Source: Trichoplax adhaerens
Lineage: Eukaryota > Animalia > Placozoa
Reading direction: 5' to 3'
Length of the DNA: 64,000 nt
Assembly: GCF_000150275.1 (NCBI RefSeq)
Contig: NW_002060955.1
Coordinates: 3,282-67,281 of the forward strand
The position numbers and the translations under genes are program-made. Of this stretch, positions 1 to 13,744 are shown piece after piece. Under the pieces are notes generated by a model, which was given only the letters and a program-made list of their open reading frames with translations, searched no databases and was not told where the DNA came from. Position 1 is the stretch's first letter. Each line of letters begins with the position of its first letter.

Positions 1-1249
1 AACCCTCACTTGTGGCAAAGGAAAGTAAAGAACTCTAGTGTAGTTACTTAAAACTTGGGCTATTTCTCCCAGTAATTTCAGTTTCTATGAGAGAAGTATT
101 TGAGAACTCGATTTCTCGACTGATCTCTACAGACAACTGACTAATTGTTACACTATTCTTCACGATATGAGTCTTGCCGTTTCTTGAGCAATTACTAACT
201 TTATTCCACAAACACACGTGCTTAAATAGGTTTCTACAGTGAATTCCAATATTAACGAGTGAGAATTCATACTTTACAAGTTACATTAATTAGTATAATA
301 CCATTACTAAATATACATGTCGATATTCTCAGACTTAGATAGCTACAAGCTATCAGGTGTTAAGACGCTTAACCATCGTCCATATACGGCTCAATTTTTA
401 GAGATTAACACACCTTATAAACCTACAGTAAATTAACTGTTAACAACTTCTATTTTTATCTCATTTCTAATATCCTATTATCAGCTACAAGCGCATTAAA
501 CATAGCACATAACGTTATCTTATCTATTCCTAAGCATTCATTAGTCAACAGTTACTTAATTAGTAACGGCGCACCGTGACATAATAATGCAGGTAAATGT
601 AGGGTAAAGCTGGCCAAAATTCGCGCACTTAAACATGTTGTGTTGATCAACCATTTATTGGAGTGTAATGTAACTTAGTATTGTGATTGTAGACTGTTAG
701 CCAAGTTTAGTATAATGTACGGTAGATATTTATCCTAAGAGATATTTGGTAGCTATAACTATAGACTGTAGTGATAGAGACTCTATGCTAGAGTACAGAT
801 GACTATGTGCAGTAAGGTGTTGAGTTACTAATAAGGTTATAGGTAAAAATAGAACTGTAAATCATATTTTAGGATATAGTTAATTCATTGTACTTTGGCT
901 GGTGTGAATAATGTCTACGTAAGTACTGTAGTCGTATCCATATCGGATTAATGATGGTCCGCAGTAGAATAGTGTTACTAAGAATAATTTAACTAAGTGT
1001 AATATAAGGTAAAAGGTTGCCGTGCGGATTGTAGCTGCAAATGCTACGAAAAGTATAAAAGCATGCAACTTTAGATTATTCAGTTAGTTCGTTGTAGAAG
1101 TATTTAGTAGTAGTATTCGGCTAGAGTAGAGCTGTCTGTAGTTAATTTTTGTATAAAATTCAATAAAGCCCTTATTTTTCTAAAATTTGGAATTTCGTGG
1201 TCGGTATATATCACATGGAGACTTTATTATAAGAAGTGGCATTATAAAG

Positions 1250-1542
1250 ACCGAAGTATTCCCATAATTTTGATTGATATAAATTCGTGAATTGAGATCT
1301 GCTGCAGAAATGATAGTGAGATAGAGACTGCCGAAAAAATCGCTTACGGCTAGATTATCAATTAAGAAATGATAAATCTTACTTACCCAGCGTTAGTTTT
1401 GAAGTCACTGATATGGTAAAAGACATAAATAATTAACACAGCCATTAGCTATGAGCCCATTGATTCCAAAAATCCAACATGTAAATACAGCGTAATAATT
1501 ATCCTGTAAAACTATAAATCGTTTCCATTGAGAGATACGCAT
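1250..1542 (-). pseudogene. 5' relic (N-terminus, TM1, TM2, start of ECL1) of a class-A GPCR, paralogue of 3069-4094
   Basis: Manual translation from ATG 1542: MRISQWKRFIVLQDNYYAVFTCWIFGINGLIANGCV..Q*LQN*RWVSKIYHFLIDNLAVSDFFGSLYLTIISAADLNSRIYINQNYGNTS. This aligns with MAIPSWYLLTVLQDNTYAVIFCWIFGVIALLAN...HTFLIGNLAINDFLGGLYLLILAIADLNSRI. In-frame stops are at 1407-1405 (TGA) and 1395-1393 (TAA). No TM3/DRY is recognisable beyond ~1250, so the lower boundary is approximate. Confidence 0.85.
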
Positions 1543-3068
1543 AAAGAAAATATTAGGTGATGTTAAAAGGCGTTATAATATATGCGTGGCTTGTAAATTA
1601 GTGTTGTATTCCTTTCTAAAATTTTGCCGCGCAACTAATTAAAAAATCAGATAATCCATAGGAATAATTGACTATGTAATCTAATACAATGCTGTAATAT
1701 TAATAAATGTTCATATATTCTGAAGTCTTTTAAACGGTCTAAATCTCCGAACTCAAGGGTATCTATCTCGAGTTTCCCCCTTTGCGAATTTAAGGACGAT
1801 ACCGAATTTTATTTTCTACAATATTTACAAATTTAATTCGTTACCTTCTCTAACATCTGTTTTTAATTAGCACTGATCATCTCTATCTTCAATTATTTTC
1901 TCTTAGCCTGTAGAAAATATGAATTAGCGCATTAGTTTATTACATTATTTATTGTTACATTTCAGTGGCATCGCTTAGCAGTAATATAACAATCTAGGTG
2001 TAAAATAATGCAAAATTCTTCACGATTCGAGATGCGAAGGAAGATTGTTGGAATATATGATTTTAGGTTAGCCTTTGAATTACACCTACGTTACTGGAGG
2101 TATTTGTTAGTTAGAATATAATAATTTCGATCTAAATCACAATTAAATCAATCTTATTTAATTTCATTTTATAGACTTCGGGTTAGAAGAATAATTAAAT
2201 TAAAATTACATTTTGAATTTAGATTTAAGAATCTGAATGTTTTCTACTATTATGCAACTATAATTGTTCGGTTTACGATGTGTGAAATCGATTTCAAACT
2301 TATTGTAGTGCTTAGTAGTTCTCTGCATCAATAAACTAGATGGGTAATTGTATCAAGTAGAGCCGTTATTGATCTAATTACTGTACCAGTGATGAATTTG
2401 AAACGAGCAAAACGGAATATAATTATTAAAGCATACGTGCAAAAATGCGAGCTATAAAATCGATCAACCTTATCTTTATTTCGAATTGATAAATAGATTT
2501 AAAACGCTAATTGATTCTATTATTTAGATGTTCATAGTAAAGACTTACATCACAAAAATAGAATTATTTTTTCTACTTTATTGATAATATAATTAATATA
2601 CCACAGTATCAATGTAATATTGTTACAATTAAGTAATACCCGTTATTGTGCAAGACCGATTTACCCTTCTTTATACGAATATTTAATGCTTATTGTATCA
2701 TTGATTATATTCTATTTCTATTACGTAAATTTTTATGTATTTTACTATAATCTAGAGTTTGTAATTATAGAATTAATAGATGTCTTTAGAATTAGAATTA
2801 TTTATTTCTTTTGTATATAAGGTTGATATTTTTTGATAAACTTTAAATATAGAAGAAATAGCAATTGTAATTGAATGATTAAGATTTAAATTACTTACCC
2901 TACTATATGTGACGTAAATTATAATATGCTTCGATATGAATAATGCCTATACCTGGTAAATTTGTAACTAGAATGCACACTCTCTATTACAACTAATTCT
3001 GAAGATAGGTTTCTTTGAGACTTCACTGTTGATATTTTTTGGTCCATAAGATTTTACTCATTTGACGA

Positions 3069-4094
3069 TCAATTAGGTACTTCTATTACATTACAGTAAT
3101 TTTTAAACTTTTTAGATGTGAAAACTATAAACATGATAGGATTTACCGACGAATTGATAAATAAAAGTAAAAAGCAAATTATACCAATTTTATCTCCAAA
3201 TTGATTTTCAACAAATTGCGCTTCCGTTAATTTGAAAATTGTAAAGATTGAACAGGGAAACCAACTAATGAAGTTAGTTATAGCTAACAGACCTGTCATT
3301 AGACCTATGCGCTTTTCTGCTTTAATTCTATTTGTAAGAGTATTACCACTATCTGGAGAGCAAAATCGCCTAGAGCGCTTGATCGATACAACAATTAATG
3401 TATAAAATATCACCGAGAGTAAATATGTCAAAATTATAGTAGTAAGAGAAATCGAAGTCACAATAATTATGATTGTATCAAAAAAATCACTGTAATAACA
3501 TAAATTTATGAAACTATCAAAACTGTAGGGATAGCGATACATCTCTGAGCGAGCCATGATCACAATTGCAATCAAAATTGAGTATAACCAAAATAAAAAA
3601 ACAATTATATTTGCTTTTCTAATCGTCATATAGCATGATCTATAAGGTCTAACGATAGCAATGAAACGATCGATAGCCAATAACAACATCAACAATCCAG
3701 ATAGTTGCAAAGAAAAACACGCTAAGCCCCGTGCAATTGAACATCCTACGTTAAGAATCCACTTATTCCTTAGTCTATTAGTGCAATTTGCACTAGGAGC
3801 AATACAAGACAGATTGTAGAGATTAATGTCTAACTGAATTCGTGAATTAAGATCCGCAATTGCCAAGATGAGAAGGTACAAGCCTCCAAGAAAATCATTA
3901 ATGGCTAGATTACCAATCAGAAATGTGTGAACTGTACCAGATTTCTTTTTTCGCTTCCTCTTAAAGATTTTAGTACAAACAAAAATAACGTATGGGTTTG
4001 CTAGCAATGCAATAACACCAAATATCCAACAGAAAATGACAGCGTATGTGTTATCTTGCAAAACTGTTAGCAAGTACCAAGAAGGGATGGCCAT
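3069..4094 (-). CDS. Rhodopsin-family (class A) 7TM GPCR with LGR/RXFP/GRL101-like TM core and no LRR ectodomain; single exon, 341 aa
   Basis: Seven hydrophobic segments. Motifs: TM2 NLAINDFLGGLYLLILAIAD, ECL1 W..C (WILNVGC), TM3 AIDRFIAIVRP, TM6 TNFISWFP, TM7 NSSVNPIMF. In-frame stops lie just upstream of the ATG. Confidence 0.92.
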   Translation of the reverse strand: MAIPSWYLLTVLQDNTYAVIFCWIFGVIALLANPYVIFVCTKIFKRKRKKKSGTVHTFLIGNLAINDFLGGLYLLILAIADLNSRIQLDINLYNLSCIAPSANCTNRLRNKWILNVGCSIARGLACFSLQLSGLLMLLLAIDRFIAIVRPYRSCYMTIRKANIIVFLFWLYSILIAIVIMARSEMYRYPYSFDSFINLCYYSDFFDTIIIIVTSISLTTIILTYLLSVIFYTLIVVSIKRSRRFCSPDSGNTLTNRIKAEKRIGLMTGLLAITNFISWFPCSIFTIFKLTEAQFVENQFGDKIGIICFLLLFINSSVNPIMFIVFTSKKFKNYCNVIEVPN

Positions 4095-7000
4095 AATCTA
4101 TTATCAAATTTCATAAATTTTATCCTGCGACCAAATAACTGCAAAAAGAGCTCACCGTAATTATAAATCTTAGTTGCAGTTTGAAATGATGATTTTAGTT
4201 ACATTTAATATTCAATTTGCAATAATAAATCTCAGCTGTAGTTGGAAATGATGATGCTTGATTACTTTAACTATGAGATTTTATGGAGATATTTTCGACT
4301 ACCATCCTTGCCTGGGTAAACATTCATAAAAAGAAGAAATACGAATATAAGCCAACACTTTTATTAATTTTCGATGATTAAAACGGTTAAGTAAAGAATT
4401 TTAAATGATTCAAAGATTCATAAAGTTAAGGCTATACAAAATCCTAGACGTCGTCATTTTTTCATTATTTTAAATAATTGATATAGTCTAATTACTAGTC
4501 AGATATTTTATGCCTTTCTCCTGATTGCAGAATGTCTTCAATTAAAGCGTAATTATAGCTCTGCATCAATAAGTGAAATTAGATTTTGTAAACAGTAATC
4601 ATTAATCGTACTATTTGTGTGAAATACCGTTACAGAGATAAACACCAAACCCAAGGCCGAAATATGCTTCTGACCCACGCTATCCTATACATACGGGTCC
4701 CATTATCTAAGAAAATTAAAAAAAGAATTTGAAGTCTCCTGATTAAATTAAAGTATCGATTATAATAGGATCCTCAATTGCTACTATCCTTGCTTAACAT
4801 TTATCGATCAATATACCGTTATATTGTTTTCTTATAATTAAATTTACTCCTTTTACCCTTTATCGAAGTTTATTAACTGCTTAGTGTATTTTGCAGATTT
4901 TTTTCTCCGTTGTTTCACTCTTACTCTTATATTTTGCTTTTGTTGCAAGTAGATTCGCTATAGCCAACAATTTTTGATCACAATACTTGATTGCTATTGA
5001 AAGGCTTCCACTTTCGTTACTATGCAGATTGATAATGCTATGTAATAATATATTTTAATTAGATAGTGGGTAGTGAATTTTCCATGTTTTATAAAGATCT
5101 AATCAGTTTTGCAATGTCAATAATGAACTGAAGTTCTTCAAATCACAATGAAATATGTAAATATTTCAAATTCCACTCAAATATTTCATGTTCTAATGAA
5201 AAGATAATGCTTTTATTACATTTCTTCATTTAACACAGACTACAGATCTGATTGCTAAATTATATTAGATCTAACAACTAGATCATAAATTTTCTAAATG
5301 TTCTTTACTTAGTTGTCACAAACCAGCTTTGTGACAAAGATAACGTAAAGCAAATCTCTAAATTACTGTAGTCTCCGCGATTCAGTATCTCTCAACTATC
5401 TCACGAGGATTTAGATGCCTTTACTTCTATGTTAAAGAGCTATAAAATTCTCCTTTATTCAACTATCTACCGAGCTTAAATACCCTTCGGCAGCTGCTAT
5501 CATGAATGGGTCATAACAATTCATTAAATTTAGTTCATGTTGGATAGCTAAATTAATACAAAAATTATTCATAATCTAAGATATATTCTGAACGATTCTA
5601 GATAACTAGATTACAGTATGCCCATACACAGAATTACTTATAGTATCATCTATAATTGAATATCTTCAGGATATTCATCACAAGCGTTACAAGACATAGC
5701 ACCATAATCAATTAGCATTATTTATCGTATAAGAACCCTTACTATAGCACAGCATGATTTACTGTGATAAAATAATAACTACCGTCGTTCTTACTGTAAA
5801 TCATTATTAGTTATCTCCATATATAACCTTAACTACTAAATTTAGTCATTTAGTCTTCACAGAGGTTCGTACTGTGACATCAGCATTGTCTTTAGAACGT
5901 TTATCTAGATATTATGGCGATTACAATAATTTTCAGTAAGCATGACTAAATGAAACGATATTTTAGAATATTCATGATCGTAATCAGCTACCATACGCAA
6001 TCGTAAAATGAGAAGAAACTAATCTTATGGAAGATTTTTATAAATTGATCAAATTTTCAGTTGTACTGCTCCAAATTATTTCCATATATTAACTTTTGTT
6101 TAATTAATTAGCAAATATGGATTAGTAGTTCTACAAACTTAACTCTCATTGTTAATACAGTGTATTCCATCAAAAGTATTCTGATGTGCTAGTTGTTATG
6201 GTAATTTTTAATCATACAGAATCAGTAGAATGAGTATTGAAATAGTTACGATACCTGATTATTTAGCTTAATTTCACATTTGCTTACTAATCGTACGTTT
6301 AGAGATATTAACTTTTTAGATAACACTATATCCTATATTTCGAAAATCTAGGCTAACTCTATTTTAGATTTTGCTGTTGAAACTTAAATTGGATAATATA
6401 CAACGATATTTTGATCATATTTTCCTCTAAAAGCTTACAAAATAGCTATTTTCTGATGAGAGTTACACTTACAAATGACTTTTAAATTCCAGCTACCAGA
6501 ATCACTACATTTATTTGCTGCTTCAGCACCTGTTATTTAGGTAGGCTCATCTGCATAGATAGTGTAACAAAAAATATACTTAATTAACACAATAATTTTG
6601 AAAATCTGCTCTCATAAGTATCAATTAATAAATTGAAATCTTTCTTGCTGTATAACTAGATTATCTTCGTTTTTGAGAATACAAAATTTTTTCAATTTCC
6701 CTTGAATTTAACTAAAATATTGAAATAACACGGAACTAGTTTTGAAACATCGAAACATAGTGGAAGTAGATTTTTAAACGTCGCTACCGTAATTAACACA
6801 TGACATTTAAATAATTTTCTCACATGATTGTAAAAGTAATTATTAGTATCGATCGTTTAAAATTTGAAAAAGACTGTTAGCATTTTGTTAAGTCAGTAAG
6901 TTCCTAGCCTTAATACATTTTATGGCAAAAACACGAGAAGAATAATTTAAATCCGTCCATAACTATCTAAGTAATAATCTATATAATAGTTTCTTGCTAT

Positions 7001-9272
7001 GAAATCAAATCTTCATCGACCCAATAAAATATAACCTAACAATAAATTAAAGTTTCTTCTCAACACCATTTTGTCATCGGCACTATATTAATGGGATTTA
7101 TGACTGATAATATTTGTATTAAGTATTGGTACGGGAATTTGGATGATATCTGCGCTATTATTCTTCTGTTTACTATAATTTGACCGTACATTTTGATAGG
7201 TATAACTTATTAACTGCAGCACTAAATTGCGATCACGATATTTATATGACTTACTATGCATCGTAGTTTCAAGAGATTTATATCAATTCTGGTACATATT
7301 TAGTTGATGTATATCACTTAGAGGTTATAGTGACATTCATTATATTCAGATTGCAGTTCTTACGTTTCATGTCCTATGGACATACGACAAACGAATCAAG
7401 CTACGCTGAGTGAAATTTATGATAGACGCTAATAAGTGTGATTAATTAATTATTGCTATCGGTACTGTACTACCACTAAAACACCAATCGATTCTGTTAC
7501 TCGAAAATTTAAATTTAAGGACAAAGCTTGTATCCCTTATTGCACAACTTTCCTTGCGACACAAGAAAACAACACAGTACTTATAATAAACTTTACGTTA
7601 ATCGGCAGAACTACTTCCCTAGTCTACGGTATAGTAACTGAAATCCTTACGAAGTACTAACTCGCTCAACATAATATACGATATAAAACTATCACACAAC
7701 TTAGCTTTAACCTGAATCACTTTTTATTGATCATAGTCCTTGTAATATCGTTTTCACAGGAATTTTAGTCCACAGAGGAATCCAGTACTATAAAAGCTTT
7801 TTATTACAAGGTTCTAAAGAATAGTACAGCAATAATTAATTACTCACAAGAATCTAGTCTAAAGTAATCTGAGCTCAATTAGATATCAAATCTTTTTCCT
7901 CCCTTACGCTCAGATTTGTACACCTTATATACTTTTCTCTGAATCTATTTAAGGCAATAACATCGTCTACAATCAGACATGAATCATCACTACATTTTAC
8001 AGTATTAATCAAACTGCTTACAATATTATTACTTTACCATTAATGTCCAACACCGTAAGGTATTGGGCATCTTTACAATCTTAGTATTTCAAGTCGTATA
8101 ACGTCCTGTACCATAATTAGTTAACAGCTATATTAGTGAATAACACTTTCTAATATAGTAGTTACCAGTCACCTAAATCTAGCAGCACAAGAATATCTAT
8201 TTTTAGAAACTTAACTATTCTAAATATAGTACACAACACAATCAAATATAGCTATCGCTACAAGCAAATATAGGGTGCATCACTACAGTCCTTCTAATAT
8301 ACTCTTTCAGTAGTTATTAACATATTTACTATGCTATCAACATATTTCAACGACAAATATGTTATTACCATTGAATTAACAAATACGGACATTCGAGGTA
8401 ATAAATAACTTCATACGTAAATCTACTTCGATTGTAAGCTTTGTCAAGCTCCTATGTTCTAGATACTTCATAATAACATCATAATAACTTAGGTCATTAC
8501 TAAAAACAATTATTCCTAAAGTAGTAGTTCATAATTCTAAAATGTTAAAAACAAAATGTTATCATAAACTACATATCCATATCTAAGTTAATTTGATGAA
8601 TGTGTTCCCTTAATAGCTTGCATGCAATGGATTTATCTTTGGACTGCATTATTCATGTCAAATTAACCCTGAAAGACCGATTGATGATAATGAAACAATC
8701 TATTCAATTAATAATCAGTATCTAATTATTTTAAGTATAATACCAGAAGTACAGCTACCTATATAATGCAAGCATATTTGAATTAAATTAAGTTCATATT
8801 GTACTGTAACCATTAGGATAAAATTCCACTGGAGGATTATTTGGACAGAAATTTTCAGTTTATCAAAGATAGATATCCTGTAAAATTTCTTCACAACTGT
8901 AGCTTTATGACTTCTTAAATTTGAAATAATCAAGAATTTAAACCTACCTCGGTTGTTCAAAATATCAAAATAAACTTAAAAATTTTCGCATAATCACACC
9001 AAAATGGTATTGCTTAATTGGATAGGAAGCAGACTATCAACGTTTTGGTAGGAACTTTCAAAAGATAGGACTTTAGTACAGCATTGTTTAAAAAAAATTA
9101 ATTTTTTCAACAAAGGTACATTTCAGTATTTATTGCTTAAATAGTATATAGAGTTGGAAATTAAACGATGATCACAGATTCCACATAATAAACCTAACCA
9201 ATTTAGTATTAATACTGATTATTTATAAGTTATTCAGTATCATGATTACTTTTAACAGTAGGGAGGGATTGC

Positions 9273-10339
9273 TTAGGCCTCTTGATTATTAGACTTCGAC
9301 GAGCGTCGAAAGTCTTGACGAGCGTTAGCACTACTACAATATTGTATCAATTGCTGCGACGTCATTATTATATAAATAGTTGGATTAACCGCTGAATTAA
9401 TAAACAGAAATAAATAAACTACTATACCTAATCTGTCTCCGATAGAAGTATCAGTGAAAGGAGCATTTGAAAGTTCCAAAATAGTATATACGAGCGCAGG
9501 TAGCCAGCTCAACAAATTTGCTAAAGCCAGTATTCCAGTCATTAAACTGATTCGTTTTTCTAAATTTATTCTGCGAAATAACGAAGGTTTTGCATTCGTA
9601 GTAAACCGGCGCCTACTTCGTCTAATAGAAGCTGCAATTAAAGCATAAAAAATCATCGAAGAGCAATAACTAAGTATATATATGCCAAAACCAACATAAG
9701 TAACCGCGATGAAAGTCGATCGGAGAAATTAGTGTACAAGCATAAATTAAAAAAAGAGTCAGTTTCATATGGATCTAGTTTATTCTCAGAGCGAATCATA
9801 ACTAGAATAACTATCGACAGAGCATAAACATACAGCAAGGCAACAATTATAGTAGCCTTTGTAAGAGTGATTTGATATGTACTGTAAGGCTTAACAATGC
9901 AAAAATAACGATCAATAGCCATTAGTAATGTGAGAAAAGCTGGTAAATGCAAAGTAAAAAGACCCAAAAAGCGAGCAACTGAACATGATACGCTGAATAT
10001 CCAGCGATTATGTATTTTTGGACTACATGAGGAATTATTTGAACACAAAATATTCTCAAAATGATAGGAATTTTGATTTCGAGAGTGAAGATCGCCAATT
10101 GCAATGATAATTAAGTAAAATCCGCCACAAATGTCGGCAATTGCTAAGTTGCCAATAAGTAAAGCATGAATTCTTCCCATGTCATTACCCAGCTTAGAAA
10201 ATAATCATTTAGAGGTAGCATAAATTACGTAGGCGTTTGCAGAACAACCAATTATGCCAACCATCCAGCAAAATATTGTACTAAATATTTCACCCTGTAA
10301 GACAGTCAAGTATTTGTTATTGATTTTGCTATCACCCAT
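9273..10339 (-). pseudogene. Full-length class-A GPCR pseudogene (paralogue of 3069-4094)
   Basis: ATG 10339 gives MGDSKINNKYLTVLQGEIFSTIFCWMVGIIGCSANAYVIYATSK*, with TGA at 10207-10205, in frame with ORF 9653-10180 (TM2-TM4, DRY). Adding one base in the run at 9712-9714 restores TNFSDRLFIAVTYVGFGIYILSYCSSMIFY and joins ORF 9273-9656 (TM5-TM7, NPTIY). Confidence 0.88.
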
Positions 10340-13300
10340 TTTAAGATTAAAGGTTGATATCAAATTACTTAATAAATACTAAAGCAAGGAGGAAAACTAC
10401 TTCAAATGAAGCATTAGGTGTTAAAATCTAATCTAATATATAATTACTGGCATCAATTAAAATTCCTAATAAAATTTAAGGTATTCGGATGCTACTTGCA
10501 CGATAAATAAGCACCGCAGTTGTTAGAAATTTATTTCTGTATAATAACAAAGATATAATTTTTATTCATTCCATCCCTATTATATATGCTCATTGATTAT
10601 TAATATCTGCCAAAATATTAATTAAGCCACGTCTGTTTTTAATTAAGTTACATGTTCAGGTTTAAAGCTCTAATTAGTTAATATTATTCTCATATAGAAA
10701 GCTATAATGAAATTGCTAAGTAATTATTCACCTGTTTGGATTTTCTCAATCATTAAGAGAAGAAGCTTTTACTGCAATTTTCGTAGACGATATTCTTAGT
10801 TATCTACTGAGTTATGTAAGAAATAGTAAAAGTAATCGGAAAGAATGATAATTCTGCCCTTACAAACATTACAATCAATGTTTCAATTCCTGTATCGGCA
10901 TCAAATTTTGGCATAGTATTACAAATTTAGAGGTTCTGTAGGTATGTATAGTTATCGTATGTAACTTATTCAGAAAATTTTTAGTAGCGCTTAAGATGCG
11001 ATATTTGACATAGTTTTATAGCACTATCAATTTACTTATAATTAATTAGTAATTATGGGGTTTCTTTATAAATTGGCTTATTTTTCAATAGCTAAAGTTC
11101 AGTTTTGTTATACTCCTGTGATATATGACTGATAAACTATAAGAAATCGAATTATGTGTCTAGGAATTTACAAAATTCGAATAAAATTGCGCAATACAAG
11201 TCTATCGTCAGAACTATCTTCCCGATATCTACTAACGGTACGGCTCTAATTATTGAGGAATTCTTCCATCGTTAGGTGTTCTGGTAAGTTAGTATTCTCT
11301 TTTAAACAATAACGTGCAAATTTCGCTGTTTGCATTAATGAGAATAAGGCTTTAAATACCATTTTCAGCTACTGCAGAAGAATATTTGAGCTAGGCAGTT
11401 CGAATAACTTAATCGTTTCATTAATTTCTTTTTAGCGCAATAAGCGAGGTGTTAAGCTTCTGAAAGATTTAAATGGCTAGAGAAACATCAGTTCATCTAA
11501 TTCATCACAAATTTTGAGATTCTTTTCTACTTTGCTCTTTTTACAAAGTTATTAGTAAGACCACGATCAAATTTCAAAAGATTTCTCTAGAAGTAAAGGT
11601 GAATTAAAATATTGCAGCAAGCGCAGATATTTGGTAATTTCTTTTATTACTACAGTGAGCTGAAAATTAGGTATCCGCGTATAAGCAGCTATACTTATAT
11701 TAACTTTGGTAATACGGTAAATAAAAGGGACATTGGCCTTCTAGTCGCATTATAAGCCTTACTGGGTTACTTGATTGATATTCCAATTTTTTAGCGAAGT
11801 AGACTATGTAAAACAGATTTCCAACTTAGGTTTTAACTTAAAGTATTTCAGGCTTATATTAACAAGCATACGTAAACTACCAAAAGAGGCTATAAGAGGT
11901 ATCTTATGGTATCTTAAGTAATATTTAATCTGTTTTAAGTTAGGAGGCGAAATGATTAGGGTTTCCTTTATTCTATTGATGTACCAATTTCGATCATACT
12001 ATCAATTTGAGCTTTTTGACTAGTATCTCATATCGTTGGTAGCCAAGCCTTACTTTAAAAAATTTCATTTGAAATTTCTTAAATGACATCTATTATGAAA
12101 GTATCTAATGTAATGAGATAATTTACAGTATAATGAGTGAGGCAAGTATCTTAACTTGTCTGTAATCGATCAATGGTGTGGTCTTTCGGTAAAGAAACGT
12201 TCTAAATAAGCATTAAACAGTAAATAACAGTTTAATTCTTAATTCATACTATCGCTCACTGGATAAGATTCACAGATCATTAATTATTGCAATTAATCTT
12301 TATCGTAGTTACTGTGTTTAATAAGAGGAGTATCTAAAGATGAACTGGTTGAAAGAATCTATATTGAAGAATTACAATAAAAGCTAAATGAGAGAGAGCT
12401 ATTTAGGGGTAGTAACCTTAACAAAGTCTGAGTTGAGGTTATAGAATCGATCTAAATATTAAGTTCTACATACAATCCCCTTTTTATGCCCTGTACTAAA
12501 TAGATAGTATACTTATTAATTGCTCTTGATATTTACAATCAGGTATCCTTACTTGGTTACAAATAGCAAGCCGTCGATAAAAAATTTTTGGGTATTTCTG
12601 CGTCAAGCGTGTATTTTATCATATGGTCGTTATTCATTGATATTTTAATCTTGAATTCCAACAGATGCATAAATTACACCGATTCTTAGGTAATGAATAA
12701 TAAGTAATTAAGACAGGAATATGGCGTCAGGGACTTCTAAAAGGAAGTCCCCGATAGTGTGGACTCAAAACATGAATTAATAGGCGCCGACAACTCATAA
12801 CTAGTTGCAGGGGGCTTTAGCGAACATCGTCAAGAAGCAGCTATAATGTGTTTAGCTCACTAGGAAACTAGCATGAGTACTCTGGCCGTTATTCGTACTA
12901 ATCTATTATACTCCATCATCCACAGCTAAATATGTTTACTATCTTTCCTTATCGCCAGACAGGTGTAGTAATATTCTGAGATGTAAATTGTATTGTCATA
13001 TTTTACAAATCCAAAAGCCTAGCCATACTTAAATAATATTCTTATCGCGACCACGATTTTATAAATTGATAATAATTATTGGAAAAATGAGATAGGCTTG
13101 AGAGTTACACAAGATTTCGTTGTTGTGAACTTGAGTTAAATTACGTATGTACTTCTACAAATTGGGACTGATTCATGAAAATTTGCTATTAATTCCTTCT
13201 GCTTCCTAAATTGACTAACAAAATTATAAATCATGACAGCAGTATACTCTTAAAGTGTTATAAGCGATTTTCTCAATACTACAAATTTTGGACAATCGTT

Positions 13301-13744
13301 TTATTTTAACAACGTACTGCTTCTGACCAAATTTTATTTTAAAAAGGGATTTAAATTATATTTCGACAAAAGTTTAGCTATTATCGTCATATTTAAATTT
13401 AATTAGATGAAACAATATGTTGATTTTTATAATCTCTAATTTTAGTTTTTAGGATAGCGTAAGTATGATTACTAGCATTTTGATCATGAGACAGGTATTA
13501 AAGAGCGGAATCCAAAAATAAGATAGCTAATTCAGTATATGGCAAACAATAATCAAAATAAATGAAAAATTGGCGAAAAACCAATACGCTAAAATCAGTT
13601 TCATGTTGTAAGCATAACAATTCAAAGAGCCAATTTCAATCCCTGAAATTAGAGATCAAATTAAATTAAATTTATTGAAAACGCATCTAGTGGGCAACTA
13701 GGATGATATTTATACGTGCTTATCTGTGAACTCTCTCGACGATC

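Noticed and set aside
880-1068. Hydrophobic 62-aa ORF as TM3-4 of the GPCR relic
   Set aside because: No DRY/DRF or TM3 cysteine context, and no convincing alignment to the paralogues.
5313-5337. 10-bp perfect hairpin TTGTCACAAA-CCAGC-TTTGTGACAA
   Set aside because: Isolated and AT-rich, with no Helitron-type CTRR end or target-site duplication nearby; compatible with chance.
7060-7185. Short frame VIGTILMGFMTD resembling an MFS transporter motif
   Set aside because: About 40 codons, with no supporting exons or GR(K/R) continuation.
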